Counted from the stretch's first letter, positions 50,141 through 60,496 are shown. The stretch: 61,387 nt of DNA from a virus (IMGVR_UViG_3300027721_000016:1-61387); one strand, 5' to 3'. The notes: generated by a model from the letters alone, not told the origin. Numbers and translations: made by a program.

Positions 50141-51608
50141 TTTTATTCTTTACACCAAGCCAGATTATCAAGTCAACTGGCACCACAAAGTAATCTGCGA
50201 TTACTATGAGCGTTGGGCCTTCGGTGACATCGACCGCCTGATGCTTTTTATGCCGCCTCAGAACGGCAAGACTGAGATAGTCAGTCGGAGAGGCCCGGCA
50301 TGGGTGTTGGGCAAGAATCCTGATGCCAAATTCGTTTCATGTTCTTATGCTGCCGATTATGCTTCTGGCATTAACCGCGACGTTCAACGTATAATCGATT
50401 CGCCAGAATACAAAGAAATCTTTCCTGGAACAAAACTCAACGAGAAAAACATAAGAACATCAGCACATGGCAATTATGTCCGAAATAATGATTTATTTGA
50501 GATAGTCGGGCACCAGGGCCGGTACTTCTGCGCAGGCAGGGGTGGCGGCATTTCCGGCAACCCAATGAGTCACGGAAATATAGATGACATCTTAAAAGGA
50601 CGCCAAGAGGCAGATTCTCCTGCCATTATGAAGGAGTTCAGGGGATGGTTTAGCGGTGAGTTCTTTGCCAGACAGGGGAAACAGGCAAAGATCCTCATCA
50701 CCGCCACCAGGTGGACAGAAGACGACGCACCCGGTTATCTGCTCAAGCTGGCCGAGGAAGATCCAGACGCACCACAATGGACCGTGGTATCTTTTCCAGC
50801 CATCGCGGTTGAGCCAATCGCTCCATATGATCCTAGGAAACCGGGCGATGCTCTATGGCCTGAAAGATATCCGCTATCGCACCTAAGGCAGGTGCGCGCG
50901 CTGTCTGAGTTTGATTGGGCGGCACTCTACCAACAGAATCCTCATAATTCGCAGTTTGCTATTTTCAATACTGAGAAGATATCTAAGGTCAATCCGGGCG
51001 AATGGCAGGAGAAAATCAATGAAGGCAAAATTAAAACCTATGGTAGTCTCGATCTCTCCAAGGGCGGGAATGACTTCGCCGCCCTGGTTACAATCGCCAT
51101 CCTGCCAGATGGGCGATGGCTCGTTTGGGAATGCGATTTATCGGTTGATGTGCAAAGCAAAAGCATAACCAAGTTGATTGAAGCACAATCTCAGTATAAT
51201 TATCAATCTGTCTGGATAGAAGCCAATTCGCTAGAAATAGCAAAATCTGCATGGGACAAAGGACAAAGAAGCAATTTCGAAATATTGCTCAGGCAGGAAC
51301 AGCAAAAGGCGGGCGTGGCCGTTCCTTATATCCTGGTATGGCATACTAAGCCCAAAGTAGATAGGATCAGATCGCTAGAGGGGCATTTTGGTAATGGGCA
51401 ACTTTGCTTTAGGGAAGATTGGGCCAAGGTCTATCGAGAGCTGATTAATCAGTTTAGGATCTTTCCAGACAAGAACGCTCATGATGATGGACCTGACAGC
51501 ATAGAGTGCCTTGTGGCTGGATTGCAAACACATCAAGCCGAACCTTCCCAATGGATACCACCAGAAAAAGCAATCGGTGGATCTGAATGCTACCAAGGCA
51601 TATATTGA
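50076..51608 (+). CDS. terL: Terminase large subunit
   Basis: MPPQNGKT, IDD, TRW, ALYQQNP, nuclease motifs LDLS..ND and HDDGPD. Confidence 0.95.
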   Translation: MNYLVGSWKEARKERARRHLLDFILYTKPDYQVNWHHKVICDYYERWAFGDIDRLMLFMPPQNGKTEIVSRRGPAWVLGKNPDAKFVSCSYAADYASGINRDVQRIIDSPEYKEIFPGTKLNEKNIRTSAHGNYVRNNDLFEIVGHQGRYFCAGRGGGISGNPMSHGNIDDILKGRQEADSPAIMKEFRGWFSGEFFARQGKQAKILITATRWTEDDAPGYLLKLAEEDPDAPQWTVVSFPAIAVEPIAPYDPRKPGDALWPERYPLSHLRQVRALSEFDWAALYQQNPHNSQFAIFNTEKISKVNPGEWQEKINEGKIKTYGSLDLSKGGNDFAALVTIAILPDGRWLVWECDLSVDVQSKSITKLIEAQSQYNYQSVWIEANSLEIAKSAWDKGQRSNFEILLRQEQQKAGVAVPYILVWHTKPKVDRIRSLEGHFGNGQLCFREDWAKVYRELINQFRIFPDKNAHDDGPDSIECLVAGLQTHQAEPSQWIPPEKAIGGSECYQGIY

Positions 51609-51623
51609 TTTTGGAGTTATTAC

Positions 51624-52991
51624 ATGTTGAAAAATCTAAGGCAATCATTGGCGGCTAAAATAGCTCCAGAATTGAAGACCAACGCCGCAAAAATTGATCC
51701 GGCCAGCATGCCGTATCCTTATGATTCCACTGCATATGATTTCAGGCTAACGGCTGAAAATCTGCTTAAGGTTCTGGAAGCCGGGCATGTGGATAGGATT
51801 CTCATGCAAATATTTATGCTCGTGCTTAATGGCCGCGACATAAAAATCATAACTCCTGAAGACCAAGACTCCGAAGTCCTGGCCGACAAATCCAACGAAG
51901 CCCGAAAGATGCTTTGGCGTCTGGATAAGTCTTACGGCACTGAAACCCTCATGGCCCAAACGGGCCTCGATTGCATGGGATTTGGCAGTGGCCTTGTGGA
52001 ATTGGGGGTATCTGATCGCCCCGATGGCACTTATTCGTTTCCAAAAACCGATATGGGCTGGAATGCTCCTCAGTGGCTCCAGTACCTAGATGCGTATTCC
52101 CTGGCAGAATCATCCTCCAGCACAAACAATACATCGGCATTTGTCCCTGGTAGGATTTTGAAGGGCATTGCCTATGATATCCAAAACAAGCAGATGCAAT
52201 ACTGGCAGACACAAGCAGAGGGGGCCAATCCCATCCAGCTTCCCACGGCAAGAATCCTCCATATCCGGGATAAGAAATCTAGGTATCCTGATGGCAAGAG
52301 CTACCTGGCTGGCATAGCACCCACTGTGCTGCAACTCGAATTTGTCAGAAAAGCTTTCATGCAGAATGTGAACTACAAAGGCGTGGGCAGGTGCGTAGTA
52401 AAGGTTAATGAGGTCCGGGACGCACAAGGTAAGATACTTGAAACTCCAACAGGCACGGGTAAACGGTGGGAAAGGGCATATGCTGCGGCGGTTGATTTTG
52501 TCAAAAACTATGGCAATAATAACGTAGGGGTCTTGTGGGGTGCCGATCACGAAGTAATTTTCCCGAACTTAGGAAACGTTGGTGACGTAGTTCCTGTAGA
52601 TCAGTATCTTAAAGCAGAAATTCTTCAACATTTGATTCCTAGAGATTTTGTAGAGCAAACCAACCAATCGATAAGCGCAACCGGAACCCCATTATTAGAA
52701 CTTTTGATGATGGTCGTGCGCGGTTGGCGTGAAATTATTGCCGCGCCGTTCGCCGATCTCTATACCGAAATACTGGAAGCCAATGGTTTCGAAGATTGGG
52801 CCGTGGAGTTTACATTTAAGGACCCATCTTTCACAGACAAGGCACAAATACGACAATTGGCAGTTCAAGTCTATATAAATGGTGGCCTATCCGAGGATCG
52901 GCTCTATGATATCATGGAGTGGCAGCCAATGCGCGAAGAAGAAAGGATCGCGTTGGCCGAAAAGAAAGCCGCATCAGGTGGTATGTTTTAG
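51624..52991 (+). CDS. Portal protein
   Basis: 455 aa following TerL; ILHIR...GKSYL. Confidence 0.75.
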   Translation: MLKNLRQSLAAKIAPELKTNAAKIDPASMPYPYDSTAYDFRLTAENLLKVLEAGHVDRILMQIFMLVLNGRDIKIITPEDQDSEVLADKSNEARKMLWRLDKSYGTETLMAQTGLDCMGFGSGLVELGVSDRPDGTYSFPKTDMGWNAPQWLQYLDAYSLAESSSSTNNTSAFVPGRILKGIAYDIQNKQMQYWQTQAEGANPIQLPTARILHIRDKKSRYPDGKSYLAGIAPTVLQLEFVRKAFMQNVNYKGVGRCVVKVNEVRDAQGKILETPTGTGKRWERAYAAAVDFVKNYGNNNVGVLWGADHEVIFPNLGNVGDVVPVDQYLKAEILQHLIPRDFVEQTNQSISATGTPLLELLMMVVRGWREIIAAPFADLYTEILEANGFEDWAVEFTFKDPSFTDKAQIRQLAVQVYINGGLSEDRLYDIMEWQPMREEERIALAEKKAASGGMF

Positions 52992-53033
52992 GTAGTAGAA
53001 ACTCTTAAATACCTTCGCGTCTATTGATCATGT

Positions 53034-53116
53034 GCTGGATAACCCGACGGGGCAACAAACCACTTTCGCGGGTGGCTTTCCAGCTTACACGATTCCGCGA
53101 AAATACGACGCGAGGT
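53034..53116 (+). ncRNA. Second C4-like three-way-junction leader, upstream of the HNH gene
   Basis: Stem gctgga/tccagc; loop tttcgcgg is complementary to ccgcgaaa (53095) and partly to cgcgag (53109, overlapping the SD). Confidence 0.6.
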
Positions 53117-53125
53117 ATATTTAGC

Positions 53126-53947
53126 ATGAAGCTCTATCAAGACGAAGCATGGCTTAGGCATCAATATATTGAGCTTGGACATAATATAAAGATCATGGGG
53201 GAAGAATGTGGTGTTGCTTGGTCAACTATTGCGATTTGGCTTAAGCATTTCGATATCCCAAGAAGACCTTCCGCATATGAAGGGCAACACGAAATAACTA
53301 AAGAATTTCTTGAAACTTATTATATCGATCGTGGTTGGTCTATTAAGAAATGCGCTTCCGTTGTAGGATGTGGTGAGCACGCAATTCACGATCGTCTCAT
53401 AAAATTTGAAATACCTAGACGAAAGTCGAAGGTGCCTAGTGTTATTCTATCCAAAGAATGGCTCGAACTGCATTATGTTACCAAGCAATTAACTACTGAG
53501 GAATGTGCATTAATCGCGAACTGTGGACGTAGTACAATTCACAGACGGTTACAAGAATTTGGAATTTCAACCCGATTAAGTGCATCTGAGATAGCCGCTT
53601 CTGGTGTTTATTGCGGCCCGGACCACCCATCTTGGAAAGGCGGTTTATCTAAACTTCCGTATTGTTTCAAGTTCAATGAAGAATTTAAAGAGCATATTCG
53701 CGAGAAGTTTAACAGAAAGTGCTATATTTGTCCCAAAACGGAAGCTGAAAACAAAAGAAAACTCGCGGTTCATCACATAGATTACAATAAGAACTCCATT
53801 TGCAACGGGAAAGAATGGGCGTTTGTGCCGATATGCACAAAGCATCACAGCGAAACAAATGGAAATCGTTGGTACTGGTTTAATCTCTTAATCAACTATT
53901 GGGCAGCAAATCCTGAAATACGTTTGGATAATGGGGTGATGTTATAA
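53126..53947 (+). CDS. Free-standing HNH homing endonuclease with three HTH-like repeats
   Basis: Three W/F-L...Y...C...I...L..F.I..R repeats, HPSWKGG, CYIC...VHHIDYNK...C..HH; AT-richer than its flanks; own promoter. Confidence 0.82.
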   Translation: MKLYQDEAWLRHQYIELGHNIKIMGEECGVAWSTIAIWLKHFDIPRRPSAYEGQHEITKEFLETYYIDRGWSIKKCASVVGCGEHAIHDRLIKFEIPRRKSKVPSVILSKEWLELHYVTKQLTTEECALIANCGRSTIHRRLQEFGISTRLSASEIAASGVYCGPDHPSWKGGLSKLPYCFKFNEEFKEHIREKFNRKCYICPKTEAENKRKLAVHHIDYNKNSICNGKEWAFVPICTKHHSETNGNRWYWFNLLINYWAANPEIRLDNGVML

Positions 53948-53970
53948 CAGTTTCCGACGCGAATATAATT

Positions 53971-54450
53971 TTGGCAATTCAATCATTTACAGCGTTTTCA
54001 GTTCAATCTTCTGCTGAAAATACGGCGGGCGCGAACTTAACCGCTAACATATTGTATTCATCGGCATCCCGGACTCAGGCCGCCTACACCGTCCTGAAAG
54101 CCTATGCCATAGATCAGCTTGCCATTGACTTAGAAAAAATAGGCAAGACCGCCACGGATGCACAATCAGAGAAAGCCCTAGCATATCTGATAGCCGCCTA
54201 TTATGAGCAAAAAGATCCTGATGTATTCGCTAAGAGCGTTTCATTTGATGGCTATTCCGTGTCTAGGGACGGTATGTCAGGCTACCAGAAAGCCTACCAG
54301 GCATTGCTTGATGCCCTGCCATTGGCAGATTCCGGGGCAATCGCTGCCCTGCAAGATTCCGATGGCTTGATTCATGTACGCGACCATGATAATTATCCTG
54401 GGGCTTGGAGAATGACGGGGCTTGACCAAACTTCAATTGATCCATTTTGA
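53971..54450 (+). CDS. Head-tail adaptor-like protein
   Basis: ALAYLIAAYY...KSVSFDGYSVS pattern. Confidence 0.55.
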   Translation: MAIQSFTAFSVQSSAENTAGANLTANILYSSASRTQAAYTVLKAYAIDQLAIDLEKIGKTATDAQSEKALAYLIAAYYEQKDPDVFAKSVSFDGYSVSRDGMSGYQKAYQALLDALPLADSGAIAALQDSDGLIHVRDHDNYPGAWRMTGLDQTSIDPF

Positions 54451-54456
54451 GGTCTT

Positions 54457-55011
54457 ATGCCATTCCCACATGCCAAATTAGTAGATCCGGCGAGCCTTGT
54501 CACCAAGGCTGCCCATAGCCTCTATAATGCGGCTTCGGCGAGTACCTTGACATTGACCGGCACACTGCCAACGATCTCCTTTAGGTGCTCTGTGAGGCTC
54601 TACACGGCAGCGGGAAAGACCGATTGTGCAGGGCGGGTTACGGTCGGATCTGAGAATTTGGACTTTCTGATAGCTGGCAAGAAGACCACTGCCACGCTAT
54701 TAACCGCCTTGCCCACAATCACGACCGCGAATCTTTCTTGCATGATTGAAATCCTTGCCCTCGATTCCGGTGGTGCCGAAATCCAAAAGGAAACCGTCAC
54801 CTCGATAGACATCAAGTTCAAAGATGAGGCAGAATACTATTCGCAGTCCATTGGCGGATTCGTAAAACGGCCTGCGCATTGTACCACAGATGAGACATCA
54901 AGCGCAGTCGGTGACATAATCCGGTATGCTGGAATAGATCATGTGATAAAGGCCATCCACACAATTGATGGCAGGCACGGACTGGAAATAAAAAGGAAGC
55001 TAGAGTTCTGA
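54457..55011 (+). CDS. Head closure / neck-like protein
   Basis: VGDII.....HVIKAI C-terminus; position after the adaptor. Confidence 0.45.
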   Translation: MPFPHAKLVDPASLVTKAAHSLYNAASASTLTLTGTLPTISFRCSVRLYTAAGKTDCAGRVTVGSENLDFLIAGKKTTATLLTALPTITTANLSCMIEILALDSGGAEIQKETVTSIDIKFKDEAEYYSQSIGGFVKRPAHCTTDETSSAVGDIIRYAGIDHVIKAIHTIDGRHGLEIKRKLEF

Positions 55012-55012
55012 G

Positions 55013-56401
55013 GTGGTCCATATCCCTATCAAAACGTGCTCCGAAGACGGCAAGGCTGGCTTCAAATGGGGCGATCAAGGTAAATGCTATTTACACGACG
55101 GTTCTGATGAGAGCATAAAAGCCGCGAAGGGCAAGGCAGTCAAACAGGGTCTTGCCGAAGGCGGCGGTGAACTTGACGAAATTGAGATCACCAAGATAAA
55201 TGCGTCTGAGCCAACCTACGAATACCTGAAAAAAATATGGGAACTTCTCAAAGAGCATCCTTCGGTATTCGATCAGATCAAAGAGGCTGCCCATAAGACC
55301 GCCAGGGCGAGCGCGGGCGGGCAAATGAAGGCCAAGTATGCGAAAGAGGCGATTGATAGCGAAATGAAAACCAACGCTTCGAGCATGGGCGGCAAAGTCA
55401 TAGAGGAAACTGATGAGATAACGGTAATCCCGGCTGTCCTCATGGCAGAAGGCGTGAGGAACAAGGGGCTGCATAGGTATGAAGATTTCTCACGAGATGT
55501 CAGATGGTTTGAAGGCGTGCCGATTGTGCCGCCACATTTCGCGAGCGATCCTAGTGCAAGCCTGGTGACTCAGAAAACAAGCAAATTGGGCCAAATCCGA
55601 AACGTGAAACTCAACGCCGAAAAGCGAAGAGTGGAAGCGGAGGCAGTCCTTTTCAATCACAAATTTGATCCTGATGATTTAGCACGCATAAAAACCGGTG
55701 AGGCGTTTGGCGGTAGTATAGGATTTTGGGCAGATGACGAGCGTCTGCCAGAAACGCAAACATGGTCGGACGGCAAAGAATACAATCGCATTGAGAAAAA
55801 CTTTTTTGGAAACCATTTCTCAATTGTGGCCGATCCTGCCTGCCCGCTCGGAACATGCGGATTTAACGTAAATGAGGCTAATGAAATGACTGAAACTCCC
55901 AAACCAGCAGAAACCCCAAAGGTCAATGCTGACGACGAGGCCAAGGAGATCATAGAGGCTCCCAAGGTCAACGTAGAAAATCATATCGATCTTTCTACCG
56001 TATTGAATAAACTGGATGCTCTGGCAGGAGACTTTGCCACCTTCAAGACTAACGCCGAAGCAGATAAGGCAGAAATTGCCAGGCTCAAGGCAGCTGAAGA
56101 TGTTCGTATAAATGCTCAGAAGAATGCCGAGGATGCTTTGGTTCTGTCCACACTCACAAGCATGCTCCTCCCTGCCTTCAAGGATAAGAATGCTGAGTAT
56201 TTCCCTGCATTCAAGGGCAACGCTGCTCTGTTCATAGCTCAGAACCCGGATAAGATCGATCTGGCAGCATTTGCTAAGGTACCGGTAATCAGTCCCACCG
56301 GGCAGGCATTTGTCCCTCATGTCAATTCCAGTGATGAAGACCCCTACGAGGCAGCCGGTGCTAAGGCAGCCGAGAACATGCTTCCGAAGAAGGTGGCTTA
56401 G
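55013..56401 (+). CDS. Prohead protease/scaffold (DUF2213-like)
   Basis: GVPI..PH, GSIGF, GNHFSIV...C..G.CG; coiled-coil scaffold tail. Confidence 0.75.
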   Translation: MVHIPIKTCSEDGKAGFKWGDQGKCYLHDGSDESIKAAKGKAVKQGLAEGGGELDEIEITKINASEPTYEYLKKIWELLKEHPSVFDQIKEAAHKTARASAGGQMKAKYAKEAIDSEMKTNASSMGGKVIEETDEITVIPAVLMAEGVRNKGLHRYEDFSRDVRWFEGVPIVPPHFASDPSASLVTQKTSKLGQIRNVKLNAEKRRVEAEAVLFNHKFDPDDLARIKTGEAFGGSIGFWADDERLPETQTWSDGKEYNRIEKNFFGNHFSIVADPACPLGTCGFNVNEANEMTETPKPAETPKVNADDEAKEIIEAPKVNVENHIDLSTVLNKLDALAGDFATFKTNAEADKAEIARLKAAEDVRINAQKNAEDALVLSTLTSMLLPAFKDKNAEYFPAFKGNAALFIAQNPDKIDLAAFAKVPVISPTGQAFVPHVNSSDEDPYEAAGAKAAENMLPKKVA

Positions 56402-56827
56402 ATGTCTGCTGAAGAGAGAATCCAGACCGGCCCGTTCGCCGCCGTTGCATTGAAGGAAGGCGAAGCTCTGATCATATCCAGTCAGGTGCTTACTCAATCC
56501 ACCACCGTTAACGATACTGTAGTGGGTGTAACCGCAATGGCCACGGTAGACGATACCGGCACGGCCCTTACTCTGACATCGGGCGATTTCAGAGAGTATT
56601 ATCCGCTCGGATGCAATGAGGTAGTTAATTGTCTATCTCTGACTGCGCAGACTTGGAGGTTCGGGGCGATCGTTTACAACGCGCAGACAGCTTCCGCTGA
56701 TGGCCGTGTAGAGACTTCCAGCTCAAATTCTGCCACCAAAATTGGCCGATATGTCGGGCCTGACAACGTAGCGACTTCTGGAGAAACCCTCATCAGAGTA
56801 CTGCTCTGCTTTGCACCGATAGGATGA
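56402..56827 (+). CDS. Capsid decoration/cement protein
   Basis: Lies between protease and MCP; beta-rich 141 aa. Confidence 0.6.
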   Translation: MSAEERIQTGPFAAVALKEGEALIISSQVLTQSTTVNDTVVGVTAMATVDDTGTALTLTSGDFREYYPLGCNEVVNCLSLTAQTWRFGAIVYNAQTASADGRVETSSSNSATKIGRYVGPDNVATSGETLIRVLLCFAPIG

Positions 56828-56840
56828 GGAGGATAAAAAA

Positions 56841-57824
56841 ATGACTAATGTTCAGCCAAAAATGGGGCCAATGACCACAGAGCAGCTCGGATCTTTCGTT
56901 AAGGGATTCGTTAAGAAACTGCCCACTGTCATCGATCAGTATCTATACCAGCAGCCTGCTGGGCTCTTGAAAGCTTTCCCGGTTGACCGGCTCGACACTC
57001 AGACCCTCGAACTGTCCACCCGCACATGGGCAGGCGGTGAGATGGACCAGGCACTCGACGGGGCACCGGATTCTTCCAGGTGGAAATATATCCGATCCTA
57101 TAAGGATCTGACCAACTCATGGGACAAGCAGGACTTCTTCATCTTTGACAGCGCCACCACGATGGCCGCTGCAAATCGGTTAGCCTCCGATGGTCAGAGA
57201 GATGTCCAGAACTACTTCACCGCGACCAGGGTCTATAAGATGCTTCGGGAACTGAAGGCAGGCAATGTCTCTGGCAACACCCATGCAGCCGGCACCGCTG
57301 GTGGTGGTTCTGCATCTGTTTGGGGCGCGGCAGGCACCGGAGACGCAGAAGCCGACATAGCCAAGGCCATAACCACCATAGTGGGCGGCACCGGCATAGA
57401 TGTCAGCAAGACCACATTCGGAGTAGCATATCCATCCGAAGTCATGGATGAGTTCATGCAGCTTGATCTGATCAATCAAGTCACTCAGAGATTACAGGAT
57501 TACCTCAAGACTGCCTGGAATGTCAACCTGTATGCGGTCACTCCCTGGAAGGATGGTGAGGGCAATGCGTATATCAGCAACAGGCCAGTAACCTCATCCG
57601 ATGCCCTTGGCACTTCCGCTCTGGTGTTCGTGGAAGGCCCGCAGACCATGCTCGGAGGCGAATACCGGCCCAATGATATCATGCTCTCGGAGACTGAAAG
57701 AGTCTATGGTACTGGATACCGCACTTTGATGAAACAGTGCGTTGAATATCTGGTTGTACCAACGGATGCTACCGCAAACGGTGACAGCTCTCTGATCTAT
57801 GAGATCACTTCGGTTACGACCTAG
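56841..57824 (+). CDS. Major capsid protein (HK97 fold)
   Basis: 327 aa, canonical position, strong SD gaggagga. Confidence 0.75.
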   Translation: MTNVQPKMGPMTTEQLGSFVKGFVKKLPTVIDQYLYQQPAGLLKAFPVDRLDTQTLELSTRTWAGGEMDQALDGAPDSSRWKYIRSYKDLTNSWDKQDFFIFDSATTMAAANRLASDGQRDVQNYFTATRVYKMLRELKAGNVSGNTHAAGTAGGGSASVWGAAGTGDAEADIAKAITTIVGGTGIDVSKTTFGVAYPSEVMDEFMQLDLINQVTQRLQDYLKTAWNVNLYAVTPWKDGEGNAYISNRPVTSSDALGTSALVFVEGPQTMLGGEYRPNDIMLSETERVYGTGYRTLMKQCVEYLVVPTDATANGDSSLIYEITSVTT

Positions 57825-57850
57825 ATCGTAACCCTTTTAGGAGGTATAAG

Positions 57851-59755
57851 ATGAAAAAAATTCTAATAGTCACCATGCTCCTAATGCTGCTCATGCCGTT
57901 TGCGTTGGCCATCCCCGACCCCTACGATATGCTCAGGGGCAAGCAGATGATCCCCGTCGGCGGTCCGTGGATTGCAGATAATCAGTATATATATTTTGGC
58001 GACGATAAAGATTCGTACATAAAATACGATACCGCAACTGGCTATCTGGTCCTGAGCGGTGTTGCCGCTACATCACTGACAGCGGGCGGCACAGTGGGCG
58101 CAAACAACCACCTGACTTGTGCTGCAGGCTCTTCTAAGCTCGATTTCCAGCTAGGAACCGGCACAACCGATACCACAACGGGAATCAATACCCTGCATGG
58201 CGATGTCTCAATTTCGGACGGAAAAGATTTCGCGATGGTCGGAGCAGGAACTTTTGCGACCGGCACTGGCGCGGTTAGTCTTCTCGGCCCTACCACGATA
58301 GCGGACCTCGCTGCGATTACCGCCGGATCTGGGTCGGCTGCGTATGATCTTTCAGCCAGCACTGGGGCATTCACCACCTCATCCGGCGCAAATACTCTGA
58401 GCGGCGATACGACCATATCAGGCAGCAAAAACTTTACAACTGGCACTGGCACAACCGCCTTGAATGGCAATGTCACTCTTGCCGCAACAAAAGGATTCAC
58501 CAAAACGGCGGGCGTGGGCGATTTCGATTATAGCCTTGGAACCGGCGCATTCAAAACCGCGACAGGCACAAATACAATAGGCGGCGCGGTTGTGTTTGCG
58601 GCTGACAAGGGAGTCACAGTCAATGCCGGAACTGGCGCGTTTGACTTCTCCGGCGGATCTGGCCTCTTCAAAACATCTGCAGGCGCAGTCACAATCGGCC
58701 CAGGCGCAACCGGGTTGACCGGGGCAACCACCATAAGCAACCTTGCCGCAATCACCGCTGGATCGGGCTCGGCTGCCTACAACCTGGCTGCAAGCTCTGG
58801 TGCATTCGCTACCAGCACGGGAACGAATACCCTTAGCGGTGATACTGTAATCTCTGGTTCCAAGACATTCACCACCGGAACCGGGGCAGTGGCGATCAAT
58901 GGAGATACCACAATCGCAGCCACCAAAGGCATAACCAAGACCGCTGGTGCAGGAAACTTTGATTTCTCAGCTGGTTCGGGCACATTCAAGACATCTTACG
59001 GAATCAATACCCTGAGCGGTGATGTCTCCATAGCAGACGGAAAAGATTTCGCGATGGTCGGAGCAGGAACTTTTGCGACCGGCACTGGCGATGTCAGTCT
59101 AAACGGCGCTGTAACCATTGCCGCCAATAAGGATCTGTCCTTATCAGGAACGGGTGATGTCACTTCCGCCGCGACCATTCAAGGCGAGCAGGTAACGAGC
59201 ACGGATGATATGAACGTCACAGATACGCTCTATGTCGCTGATATTGTCCAATCCAACGATGCTGCTTTCACAAACGTAGATATCACTGGAACGCTTGATA
59301 TCGATACTCCAACGACCACTATCCGAAATGTGACGCTTGATGCCGATAAGACGTTAGCAGTAACCACAGCGGATAAGCTGACCGTTGGCGGCAACATCAT
59401 CCCACAGGAAATGGCTATTCCATTCACCTATACAGCTTCTTCTGTGGATGTTGGTGTATTCTCTGCTAAAGGTGCATGGAATATTACCGCTGTCGAGCTC
59501 GTGCCGAGGGTGGTTGGCGGGGATGCTGGAGCCGTAAACGTAACTGTCAAGGTATGTGACAGTGGCGAAGCTCCTGCGTCTGGTGTGGCTGCTCTGAGCG
59601 CGGTCTTAGACTTGAAGGGTACAGCAGATACTACCCAGGCCGGATCACTTAGCGCAACTGTTGCATGTACGGCTGCTCAGTACATCGCTCTGGATTTCAC
59701 GGGCACAATGACCGACGCGGTTGGATCGGGTACGATATGGGTTAAGAGAGTCTAA
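57851..59755 (+). CDS. Gly/Thr/Ala-rich repetitive fibre/adhesin-like protein with N-terminal signal peptide
   Basis: MKKILIVTMLLMLLMPFALA; internal repeats. Confidence 0.7.
   Translation: MKKILIVTMLLMLLMPFALAIPDPYDMLRGKQMIPVGGPWIADNQYIYFGDDKDSYIKYDTATGYLVLSGVAATSLTAGGTVGANNHLTCAAGSSKLDFQLGTGTTDTTTGINTLHGDVSISDGKDFAMVGAGTFATGTGAVSLLGPTTIADLAAITAGSGSAAYDLSASTGAFTTSSGANTLSGDTTISGSKNFTTGTGTTALNGNVTLAATKGFTKTAGVGDFDYSLGTGAFKTATGTNTIGGAVVFAADKGVTVNAGTGAFDFSGGSGLFKTSAGAVTIGPGATGLTGATTISNLAAITAGSGSAAYNLAASSGAFATSTGTNTLSGDTVISGSKTFTTGTGAVAINGDTTIAATKGITKTAGAGNFDFSAGSGTFKTSYGINTLSGDVSIADGKDFAMVGAGTFATGTGDVSLNGAVTIAANKDLSLSGTGDVTSAATIQGEQVTSTDDMNVTDTLYVADIVQSNDAAFTNVDITGTLDIDTPTTTIRNVTLDADKTLAVTTADKLTVGGNIIPQEMAIPFTYTASSVDVGVFSAKGAWNITAVELVPRVVGGDAGAVNVTVKVCDSGEAPASGVAALSAVLDLKGTADTTQAGSLSATVACTAAQYIALDFTGTMTDAVGSGTIWVKRV
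58217..59090 (+). repeat. 55-bp exact direct repeat (58217-58271 and 59036-59090)
   Basis: gacggaaaagatttcgcgatggtcggagcaggaacttttgcgaccggcactggcg occurs twice, 819 bp apart. Confidence 0.9.
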
Positions 59756-59777
59756 GTGACTCTCTATTATTTTTAGG

Positions 59778-60485
59778 GTGTTAATGATGAGAATAATAGC
59801 TTTGTTGTTTGCAGTGGCCCTCATCGGCATTTCGTCTGGTCACAACGAACTGTCGGAGTCTGCGCCACGGTTCCCGGCAGATTTGGTGATCGGAGATGCC
59901 GCCACTGATAATATTCGCATAGATCCTGACACCGGCATAACCTTCACAGGAGATGCTAAATGCCGTCTATCGATGAGGCCATTCATCGAGATTGGAGATA
60001 TCGCAGTCCAAGAAAAGCCCACGGTGGTCTCTTATGGAGCTACTAAAGGCTATTCCCTTCCACTTTATGCAGCCAACGAAGAAATATTCTTCTCGGAGTA
60101 CATAGCTGGCAGGTGGGACGGGGCAAGTAACATAACCATATCAGTCATTGGTTATCTCGATACGGCGGAAACCGCAGACGACGATTTCAACCTATCGCTC
60201 CAATGGCAGAACAAAGCGACAAGTAGCGGCGTGGTGCCCATCGCGGTAAATACTATCTATCAAGTTACAAACTGTCCAACGGGGCGAAATGTTCAGTATT
60301 CGATCTATAAAGTGGATTTCCCGATAGATTGGGACCTTCCCGCTACTGATCTAGCAGCGTCTGACTATTTCGCTGGGCGGCTGTATAGATCGGCGGTTGG
60401 AGCTGGTAATGTGGAGATCGCCGGCGAATTTGTGGTCACCATGATTGTAATTACTTATCAAGTTGACAAAGTTTTCAAAATATAA
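59778..60485 (+). CDS. Beta-rich protein with signal peptide
   Basis: MRIIALLFAVALIGISSG. Confidence 0.6.
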   Translation: MLMMRIIALLFAVALIGISSGHNELSESAPRFPADLVIGDAATDNIRIDPDTGITFTGDAKCRLSMRPFIEIGDIAVQEKPTVVSYGATKGYSLPLYAANEEIFFSEYIAGRWDGASNITISVIGYLDTAETADDDFNLSLQWQNKATSSGVVPIAVNTIYQVTNCPTGRNVQYSIYKVDFPIDWDLPATDLAASDYFAGRLYRSAVGAGNVEIAGEFVVTMIVITYQVDKVFKI

Positions 60486-60496
60486 GAGGAACTGAA

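Noticed and set aside
53024-53125. N-terminal extension of the HNH ORF
   Set aside because: An SD (gaggt) precedes ATG 53126 and the upstream part folds as a structured leader
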